IMG/VR virus record: IMGVR_UViG_3300032225_000686
Source: a virus
Lineage: Duplodnaviria > Caudoviricetes
Strand: one strand, 5' to 3'
DNA length: 64,000 nt
Each line of letters begins with the position of its first letter. Position 1 is the stretch's first letter. Under the pieces are notes generated by a model, which was given only the letters and a program-made list of their open reading frames with translations, was not told where the DNA came from and searched no databases. The translations under genes were made by a program, and so were the position numbers. This document shows positions 57,389 to 64,000 of the stretch, one piece after another.

Positions 57389-57952
57389 ATGGCAAAAAAT
57401 GAACACTACATAGACAACAAAAGGTTTCTAAAAGAGATAGTAGATCACAGAAAGGCCGCTAGAAAGGCAGAACGGGAAAATTTACCAAGACCCGGCGTTA
57501 ATGATTACATAGGGCAATGCTTCATGGACATAGCCCTGAATCTAGCCAAGAAGCCCAACTTTGCAAATTACCCATTCAAGGAAGAGATGATTGGTGATGC
57601 TATTGAAAACTGCATCATGTATTCCACCAACTTTGACCCCAATAAATCAAAGAATCCCTTCGCGTTCTTCACGCAGATAATCTTCTATGCTTTCCTTCGT
57701 CGCATACAGAAGGAGAAGAAGCAGTTGTACATCAAGATGAAGCAGTTTGAGCAGGTCGATCCTACTGGCAAGTTCCGTAATTGGCTGAAGGATAAGTTTG
57801 AGCCTGAAAATAATCCATTTGCTGATGTTCTTCAAATGAACGAGGAAGAGATGCTTGAGTTTGAAAAGAAGATCAAGCCCAAGAAGAAGAAGGCTGTAAA
57901 AAAGACAAAGGTAAATAAGGGCAAAAATCGCCTTGACAACTTCCTTGCTTGA
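57389..57952 (+). CDS. gp55: Late transcription sigma factor gp55
   Basis: HYIDNKRFL, YIGQCF..IA..L..KPNFANY, NFDPNKSKNPFAFFTQIIFYAFLRRIQKEKKQ. Confidence 0.97.
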   Translation: MAKNEHYIDNKRFLKEIVDHRKAARKAERENLPRPGVNDYIGQCFMDIALNLAKKPNFANYPFKEEMIGDAIENCIMYSTNFDPNKSKNPFAFFTQIIFYAFLRRIQKEKKQLYIKMKQFEQVDPTGKFRNWLKDKFEPENNPFADVLQMNEEEMLEFEKKIKPKKKKAVKKTKVNKGKNRLDNFLA

Positions 57953-57961
57953 GGTTATACT
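57933..57961 (+). promoter_or_regulatory. Sigma70-like promoter TTGACA-17-TATACT, leaderless
   Basis: gp47 ATG 6 nt after the -10 box. Confidence 0.8.
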
Positions 57962-57967
57962 TACGCA

Positions 57968-59008
57968 ATGAAAATCGCCCTACTCTGTGACACCCATTTC
58001 GGGGCACGGAACGATAGTCCCATATTCCTGCATCACTTCTTCCGATTCGTGGATGAGGTGTTCCTGCCGTACTTGGACAAAGAGGGCATCACCCACATAA
58101 TCCATTTGGGTGACCTAATGGATCGCCGCAAATTCGTGAACTTCGCTACTCTGCGAGAAACACGGAAGCGGTTTATTGAGCCTCTGAAGGAACGCAGAAT
58201 ACACATGACCGTGCTTCTCGGAAATCACGATACCTTCTTCCGCAATACAAGCGAGATCAACACGGTAGAGGAACTGTTTGGTAACGACGATTCTGTTACT
58301 GTGGTAAAAGACCCCCGCGAGTATGAGATTGGTGGGACTACTGTTCTACTCCTGCCGTGGATCAATAAGGGCAACGAGGAGGCTAGCCTAAATCTCATCA
58401 AGAATACCTCTGCCACCATAGTTATGGGACACTTGGAACTTAGTGGCTATGAGGTGTTGCGTGGCACTAAATTTGAAGAGGGTATGGACGCAGGTATACT
58501 CAAGGGCTTTGAGGCAGTCTACAGCGGTCATTTTCATTGCAAGCACAGCGGCGGGAATGTTCACTACTTGGGAACACCCTATCAGATCACCTTCAATGAT
58601 CTAAATGAGCCAAAGGGTTTCCATATCTTTGAGACAAGTGACCACTCTATCAAGTATGTGGAAAACCCGCTGCGTATCTTCACAGAACTCACTTATGACG
58701 ATTCTGCGAACCAATATGATAACCCATCATTCCCCTATATCAAGAATACCTTCGTTAGAGTGAAGGTGCTGAAGAAGGGAGACCCATCCATGTTCGACCG
58801 CTATATGGATGCGGTGAACTCTTCAGGTGCACACGGGGTTACTGTGATTGAGGACAAGAACAGCGGAATAGAAATATCACAAGAGGTTGATATCAGCAAG
58901 GACACACTCTCCATCATCAATCAGGAGATTGACCAAATTGAGATAGTCAACCCCAACAAACTCAAAACCATCATACGAGAACTGTATATGGAGTCACTTT
59001 TCAACTAA
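57968..59008 (+). CDS. gp47: Recombination endonuclease subunit gp47 (Mre11/SbcD-like)
   Basis: DTHFGAR, HLGDLMDRRK, GNHD, GHLE, SGHFH, YLGTPY. Confidence 0.97.
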   Translation: MKIALLCDTHFGARNDSPIFLHHFFRFVDEVFLPYLDKEGITHIIHLGDLMDRRKFVNFATLRETRKRFIEPLKERRIHMTVLLGNHDTFFRNTSEINTVEELFGNDDSVTVVKDPREYEIGGTTVLLLPWINKGNEEASLNLIKNTSATIVMGHLELSGYEVLRGTKFEEGMDAGILKGFEAVYSGHFHCKHSGGNVHYLGTPYQITFNDLNEPKGFHIFETSDHSIKYVENPLRIFTELTYDDSANQYDNPSFPYIKNTFVRVKVLKKGDPSMFDRYMDAVNSSGAHGVTVIEDKNSGIEISQEVDISKDTLSIINQEIDQIEIVNPNKLKTIIRELYMESLFN

Positions 59009-59018
59009 GGAGAACACA

Positions 59019-59333
59019 ATGGACACAAAGATTATGATCGTCAGAATGCGTAGTGGTGAGGATGTCATTTCACAGGTGGTCGATAACGGTGACACCTATA
59101 CCCTAACCAAGCCCGCCATGCTCGTTCCTGCGGGCAAGGGAGAGTTGGGGCTTCTGCCTTGGCTCATGTATGGAGAGATCGAAAACGGCATCACAATTTC
59201 AAAGGATGCTACCTTCTTTACTTTCAAGCCAATCAAGGGTTTGGAAGAGGAGTATCGTGCGGGATTCGTTAGCAAGTTGGTAACGCCATCGAAGAAGATC
59301 GCAACCCCGCAGATGAAGTTGGTCACAGACTAA
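59019..59333 (+). CDS. Small Sm-like hypothetical protein
   Basis: IVRMRSGEDVI..LTKP..GLLPW..LVTP; SD AAGGAG. Confidence 0.75.
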   Translation: MDTKIMIVRMRSGEDVISQVVDNGDTYTLTKPAMLVPAGKGELGLLPWLMYGEIENGITISKDATFFTFKPIKGLEEEYRAGFVSKLVTPSKKIATPQMKLVTD

Positions 59334-59788
59334 ATCGACCGCCACTTCTTTCGGATCAATTCAATAAAGCGTAGAACATCCTCTTTGGGTTTATCTACAC
59401 AGGCTTCCTCGTAGATGTCCTCTGCGAGGAGCCTTTCTTTATTGAGAGACTCTTCTAGTTCTTTGATGTTTATGTTTTTTTCCTCTAGGAACTCAGACAT
59501 GTTCTTAAAACTTAAACTTTCGGGTTTGAGGTACTCATGTATGTCTGACTCATACCCCCGTTTGTTGATTAGGTCAAAGTCTAGGATAGGCTTGGTGAAA
59601 GCATCGGAGAACATACTCCACTCAATCATGAGTTCGTTGATGTTCTCACCATAGGGGTTTACGGCACTTTCGCTTATAGAGGCTACCTTTCTCTTATCGT
59701 CGTAGTAGACCTCATGAATTTCATAAAATGTGAAGGTTTTACCCCCCGAACGGTCATACTTCCTCAAAACTCGGTAGTCCCACGACAT
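59330..59788 (-). CDS. Hypothetical protein
   Basis: MSWDYRV..YEIHEVYYDD..AFTKPIL; own late promoter and SD GGAGG. Confidence 0.75.
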   Translation of the reverse strand: MSWDYRVLRKYDRSGGKTFTFYEIHEVYYDDKRKVASISESAVNPYGENINELMIEWSMFSDAFTKPILDFDLINKRGYESDIHEYLKPESLSFKNMSEFLEEKNINIKELEESLNKERLLAEDIYEEACVDKPKEDVLRFIELIRKKWRSI

Positions 59789-59805
59789 AGGCGGTTCCTC
59801 CCCTA

Positions 59806-59825
59806 TATTTAGGGTTTCCTAAATA
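59806..59825. promoter_or_regulatory. Back-to-back divergent late promoters forming a perfect inverted repeat
   Basis: TATTTAGG-GTTT-CCTAAATA: CCTAAATA on each strand. Confidence 0.8.
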
Positions 59826-59830
59826 CGGAC

Positions 59831-60748
59831 ATGAAGACTCTATCCGAACTAGTACAGTACCTAGAAGAAAAGTTAGTCATCGTAGGCAAGGGAAAGCCTT
59901 ACGGGCAGGTTATTTTCTTGGCAGGTGGTGCGGGTTCAGGTAAAGGATTCGCTATCTCAAACTTCATTCAGTCCTCGCAATTCAAAGTCTTTGACCCTGA
60001 CGAGATGAAGTTGTCATACTTGAAGTGGAATGATATTCACAACAAGTATCCCGAACTCAAAGGCAGAGACCTTCGTAACCCAAACGATGTTTCTTTCTTG
60101 CATCAATGGGTTAAGAGCAAGGGTTCAGAAGACAAGAAGATAAACGCCTTTCTCTCTATCGCAAGAGCAAAAGACATTCTTCCAAATATCATCTTTGACC
60201 GAACACTAAAAGACAACAGCGACTTTGCTAAGTTGGTTCCGATGCTTTTGGAAGCAGGATATCGCAAAGAGAACATGCACTTGATTTGGGTACTGACAGA
60301 CTTCCGTATGGCAGTACAACAGAACTTCGAACGCCGCAGAACCGTTCCCGTAAACATCCTGATTCAAACACACGCAGGAGCAGCAAAAAACATGCAGGAT
60401 ATGTTGACCAAAAACTACCCGTATCAGTACATAAACGGAGATGCGTTTGTGATCTTGGGAGGTCCATCAAATACGGTAATGTTTGAGCCATCCAAGCAGT
60501 CTGCTACGAGAGTTCCAAACATGATAGTCAAGGACTTCAAGTACATCAAAGTCAAAGAAGCAGGTCAGGCTTTGGATGATAACGAAAAGGTCAATAAGAA
60601 AATTCTGAATTGGGTGTATCAGAACGCTCCCTCAAAATCAGCCATAGATGATTTCTTGGATGATGAGGAAGAAAAGGATGCGGGAGGACCAACGGCATCC
60701 CGTCAACAGACCCTAAAACGCTTCAATATTCCTATCCCCACAAGATAG
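59831..60748 (+). CDS. P-loop kinase (zeta-toxin/AAA_33-like)
   Basis: IFLAGGAGSGKG Walker A, FDPDE, IIFDRT, AVQQNFERRRTVP lid motif. Confidence 0.8.
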   Translation: MKTLSELVQYLEEKLVIVGKGKPYGQVIFLAGGAGSGKGFAISNFIQSSQFKVFDPDEMKLSYLKWNDIHNKYPELKGRDLRNPNDVSFLHQWVKSKGSEDKKINAFLSIARAKDILPNIIFDRTLKDNSDFAKLVPMLLEAGYRKENMHLIWVLTDFRMAVQQNFERRRTVPVNILIQTHAGAAKNMQDMLTKNYPYQYINGDAFVILGGPSNTVMFEPSKQSATRVPNMIVKDFKYIKVKEAGQALDDNEKVNKKILNWVYQNAPSKSAIDDFLDDEEEKDAGGPTASRQQTLKRFNIPIPTR

Positions 60749-60756
60749 CCTAAATA
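60749..60756 (+). promoter_or_regulatory. Late promoter CCTAAATA
   Basis: Followed by SD GGAGGT and ATG 60772. Confidence 0.75.
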
Positions 60757-60771
60757 AGACGGAGGTACATT

Positions 60772-61137
60772 ATGAACATACTAGCAGCCATATCATGGGT
60801 TGCAGCGACATTATTCGTCTGCTACAAGACATCCGCAGTCTATGAATATCTAAAGAGTTTACCGTTGCCAAATTGGCTAACTCACATGAAAGATTACGAA
60901 GCCGACCGCAAATATGATTTCGGGCTTTCTTACAAGATGTACATGATGACCATGAGAGATTCCTTTTTTATAAGATTGGTCACTTGTCCGTATTGCTTGG
61001 GTGCATGGCTTTCTTTGGGATTCTCTTGGGAATTCTCTTGCCTTGAGTGGTTGCCTGTGGTATACTTGGGAGGACTAACAAGTTACATGGTTGTTTCTAC
61101 AGCCATTTCTAAATTGGAGGCAGCAGATGGAAACTAA
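60772..61137 (+). CDS. DUF1360-like membrane protein
   Basis: LVTCPYCLGAW motif with hydrophobic segments. Confidence 0.7.
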   Translation: MNILAAISWVAATLFVCYKTSAVYEYLKSLPLPNWLTHMKDYEADRKYDFGLSYKMYMMTMRDSFFIRLVTCPYCLGAWLSLGFSWEFSCLEWLPVVYLGGLTSYMVVSTAISKLEAADGN

Positions 61138-61414
61138 CACTTTCGATTCGCCGCAGGCTTTAATCAATTACCTAGTACCACACGAAGAAAAAATGAGAAC
61201 ACCTTCTGCTTTAGGTTCTTGGTATTGGCGGGCCAAACTTTGGTTTGACCCAAATGTGTGTGGATGCAAGAAAAAGAACATGAGTTTGCAGCAGATTGAG
61301 GACGGCTACAGAAACATGGTAAATTGGCCTGAAGGTGAAAAATCCGTCGCTCGCAATATTGCAGGATGCTCATTCACTATCATTATGAATGGAGTAACAC
61401 TAGGAACGATCTAA
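61127..61414 (+). CDS. Hypothetical protein (CGC motif)
   Basis: ATG 61127 with SD GGAGG; VCGCKKK. Confidence 0.65.
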   Translation: METNTFDSPQALINYLVPHEEKMRTPSALGSWYWRAKLWFDPNVCGCKKKNMSLQQIEDGYRNMVNWPEGEKSVARNIAGCSFTIIMNGVTLGTI

Positions 61415-61428
61415 CACACGGAGGACAC

Positions 61429-62040
61429 ATGGACGCTAAATCCAAGAAGTTCATTAAGCATGTCCGTGAGCATTTGTCTGAATATGGTGGGAGACTGATA
61501 TTTGGCAGAGGTAAGAGAGTCAACTGTGGTGATGGCTGTAGGTCTATTGGTTTCTTCTCGGATAACCCAATTGAGATCAGAGTAGCAACTAAATCTAGAG
61601 ATCCAATCACGACTATAGCACACGAATATTCCCATTTTCTACAATGGATTGAGACCCCACAAAACATAATGAGAGCAGACGATAATGCAAGTCTCTTGAT
61701 GTTTGATTGGCTTGGTGGTAAAGAGTTTGAGAACCGCGATGTCGAAAAAGCATTCTGTAGAGTCATGGTTATGGAAAGAGATGCAGAGCGTAGGACCGTG
61801 GAACTCATCAAGAAGTTTGATCTGAATGTCGATATCGACAAATACATTCGCCAAGCAAACTGCTACATCTACATGCATTGGATCATGAAGGAACGCCGTT
61901 CTTGGAGATATAGACCCGGTTGCCCAGATCCATTCATTTCACGCACGGTAATGTCGATCATGCCAAATACATTCAAGGCAAAATCCGATCAGAAGATTCC
62001 TTCACACATTAGGGAAAGGCTTCTTTCTTACTTCCCTTGA
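61429..62040 (+). CDS. Zincin-like HExxH protein
   Basis: ATG 61429 with SD GGAGG; TIAHEYSHFLQW...MERDAE. Confidence 0.7.
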   Translation: MDAKSKKFIKHVREHLSEYGGRLIFGRGKRVNCGDGCRSIGFFSDNPIEIRVATKSRDPITTIAHEYSHFLQWIETPQNIMRADDNASLLMFDWLGGKEFENRDVEKAFCRVMVMERDAERRTVELIKKFDLNVDIDKYIRQANCYIYMHWIMKERRSWRYRPGCPDPFISRTVMSIMPNTFKAKSDQKIPSHIRERLLSYFP

Positions 62041-62072
62041 TACCTACATAAAGGATAAGAAAGGAGGCTAAC

Positions 62073-62186
62073 ATGGCAGATTTTCTAGGAACAGCATGGT
62101 GGTCAGTATTGATGTTCGTTGCTGGTGCTCTTATCGGTGCTCCACTTTGGAAGTGGGTATCCGCCAAGATGCCTTGGAACAAGTGA
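62073..62186 (+). CDS. 37-aa single-TM membrane peptide
   Basis: Perfect SD AAGGAGG; MADFLGTAWWSVLMFVAGALIGAPLWKWVSAKMPWNK; late-like CCTACATA at 62043-62050. Confidence 0.75.
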   Translation: MADFLGTAWWSVLMFVAGALIGAPLWKWVSAKMPWNK

Positions 62187-62215
62187 ACTGATACTCCACA
62201 AGTGAACTCTAAACA

Positions 62216-63934
62216 ATGATTACATTCAGCAAAATTAGGTGGTCAAACTTTCTATCAACGGGTCAGTATCCTACAGAGATAGACTTGACCTCCACAAATA
62301 CGACGCTCATAACGGGCGAAAACGGAGCAGGTAAGAGTACCCTATTGGATGCTCTTACCTTTGCTCTTTTTGGTAAGCCCTACCGCAACATCAACAAGCC
62401 GCAAATAGTGAACTCGGTCAACGAGAAGAACTGTATCGTTGAACTTGAGTTTGATATTGCAGCAGACAAGTACAAAGTTCGTCGCGGTCTTGAACCCGCC
62501 CTGTTTGAGATATTCAAGAACGGCGAGATCATCAACCAAGATGCAAAGAGCAAGGACTATCAGCGTATGTTTGAGGAGCAGATACTCCGTCAAACCTACA
62601 AGTCATTCTGCCAAGTAGCCATACTTGGTTCTGCTAACTACACCGCGTTCATGGAACTGACAGCAGCAGATCGTCGTGCTGTGGTTGAGTCAATCCTAGA
62701 CATCAACATCTTCTCGCAGATGAATGCTCTTCTAAAGACCAAGCAATCACAGGTCAAGGAAGAACTAACGATCATGGAAGCAGACCTGACCGTTCTTCGT
62801 GAGAAGATCAAGTTGAATGAGAAGTATCTACAGAGCCGCGAGAAGGATACTGACCACAAGATTGACGATTACAAGGAAGAAATCACAAGGTGTAAGGAAG
62901 ATGAGACTCGTTTGTTGGCAGACATCCAAACACTACGAGAAAAGATATCTGTCTTGGTTGAGACTATCGCCGATACAGATACGGTGAATAAGACTATCTA
63001 CGACCTATCGTCAATCAATCGTCAGTTAAAGTCCAAGATCAAGACGCTTGAGAGTGAGGTTGACTTCTACAACAAGAACGATACCTGCCCGACCTGCATT
63101 CAGAAGATTGATGATACCTTCCGCAAGAACATCATAACCACCAAGAACAACAAGATCAGCGAGGTGGGTAAGGCGGTAGAAGACATAGCAGAGCAGTCGG
63201 AGAACACAAGCAAGAGGCTTCAGGAGATTCAGGCTATCTCTGCCAAGATCAAGTCTTTGGAGGGTAAGGTTTCTGATATGTCAGCGAGTCTACGCAGCAC
63301 AGAAGTTACACGCAAGAAGTTTGAGCGGCTACTAATCGAAAGCGAGACAAGCAAGGCAACCGAAGATAAGAGCGAAGAGAATGCCCTCGTTGAACTACGA
63401 AAGCAACTTGAAGAGATGGAAGCCGAACGCAAGGAGATGGTAGAGAATCAATACTACTATGGTGTTGCAGCCAATCTCCTGAAGGATAGCGGCATCAAGA
63501 GCCGTATCATCAAGCACTACATTCCTATTATCAATCAAATCATTAACCGATATCTAAATCAGATGGGTCTATTTGTGTCCTTCAATCTTGACGAAGAGTT
63601 CAAGGAAACAATCAAGAGCCGTCACAGAGACACATTCACTTATGCATCGTTCAGCGAGGGAGAGAAGCGTAAGATTGACCTGTCTCTCTTGTTTGCTTGG
63701 AGGGCTATTGCAGGAATCAAGAATAGCATCAATACTAACCTACTTATCATGGATGAGGTGCTTGATGGTAGCCTAGACGATTCTTCGGTGGAGTCTTTTC
63801 TAGACATCCTGAAGAATATGAACTCGGCTATAAACATCTTCGTAATCAGCCACAAACCCAAGGAACTACTAGAGAGTAAGTTCCAACGCCACATTCAGTT
63901 TGCCAAAAAGGGGAACTTTAGTGCGAGGGTCTAA
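62216..63934 (+). CDS. gp46: Recombination endonuclease subunit gp46 (Rad50/SbcC-like)
   Basis: NFLSTG, GENGAGKST, zinc hook CPTC, SFSEGEK, LIMDE, ISH. Confidence 0.97.
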   Translation: MITFSKIRWSNFLSTGQYPTEIDLTSTNTTLITGENGAGKSTLLDALTFALFGKPYRNINKPQIVNSVNEKNCIVELEFDIAADKYKVRRGLEPALFEIFKNGEIINQDAKSKDYQRMFEEQILRQTYKSFCQVAILGSANYTAFMELTAADRRAVVESILDINIFSQMNALLKTKQSQVKEELTIMEADLTVLREKIKLNEKYLQSREKDTDHKIDDYKEEITRCKEDETRLLADIQTLREKISVLVETIADTDTVNKTIYDLSSINRQLKSKIKTLESEVDFYNKNDTCPTCIQKIDDTFRKNIITTKNNKISEVGKAVEDIAEQSENTSKRLQEIQAISAKIKSLEGKVSDMSASLRSTEVTRKKFERLLIESETSKATEDKSEENALVELRKQLEEMEAERKEMVENQYYYGVAANLLKDSGIKSRIIKHYIPIINQIINRYLNQMGLFVSFNLDEEFKETIKSRHRDTFTYASFSEGEKRKIDLSLLFAWRAIAGIKNSINTNLLIMDEVLDGSLDDSSVESFLDILKNMNSAINIFVISHKPKELLESKFQRHIQFAKKGNFSARV

Positions 63935-63937
63935 AAA

Positions 63938-63945
63938 CCTAAATA
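63938..63945 (+). promoter_or_regulatory. Late promoter CCTAAATA before a truncated next gene (ATG ~63969)
   Basis: Followed by AGGAG and an ATG open to the window end. Confidence 0.65.
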
Positions 63946-64000
63946 TGAAAGTATCGCAGGAGAACCCGATGAAAGAGTCAATTTTTAAGTTTCCTACTTC

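Noticed and set aside
1-64000. Stop-codon reassignment, introns/inteins, homing endonucleases, tRNAs, diversity-generating retroelement
   Set aside because: Core genes are full length under the standard code and end in all three stops. gp17, UvsW and gp46/47 show no large insertions. No cloverleaf, reverse transcriptase or template/variable repeat pair was seen.
1-64000. Assignment as a cyanophage
   Set aside because: Gene order is similar, but no photosynthesis or other cyanobacterial auxiliary genes are in this window; the host cannot be fixed from this sequence.

Overview
A 64 kb segment of a large T4-like (Tevenvirinae/cyanomyovirus-style) myovirus genome, standard genetic code, densely coding. 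Bases 1-21.8 kb, minus strand: a baseplate/tail operon (gp48, gp53, hub protein, gp5, PAAR, holin-like protein, gp25, gp6, gp7, gp8, a DUF4815/VrlC-like protein and a truncated collagen-like fibre). 21.9-28.2 kb, plus strand: gp4, gp2, gp54-like, gp26, gp51 and tape measure. 28.2-32.4 kb, minus strand: gp32, gp59, gp33, an exonuclease, FmdB, a DenV-like gene and small early genes. 32.4-64 kb, plus strand: a GT2-TPR glycosyltransferase, tail fibre, gp13-gp23, two gp3 paralogues, uvsY, uvsW, gp55, gp47, a late accessory island and gp46. T4-type late promoters (n[A/C]TAAATA) and sigma70-like promoters, several of them leaderless, can be read directly. No tRNA, rRNA, CRISPR array or mobile element was seen. 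Four signals stand out. (1) A G-x-T-(G/A) peptide is scattered through the presumed surface-exposed virion proteins and scarce in enzymes, and a GmaR/flagellin-type O-glycosyltransferase lies next to the fibre gene, suggesting a whole-virion glycosylation system. (2) A GC-rich pseudo-palindromic DNA motif (CNCGCCC-GY-RGGYGNG) recurs inside genes every few kb, written in otherwise rare codons. (3) A lambda G/GT-style -1 frameshift site links gp26 to gp51 just before the tape measure gene. (4) AGCT, ACGT and CCWGG appear to be avoided. All gene names come from recognising motifs and synteny by eye; no database search was run.
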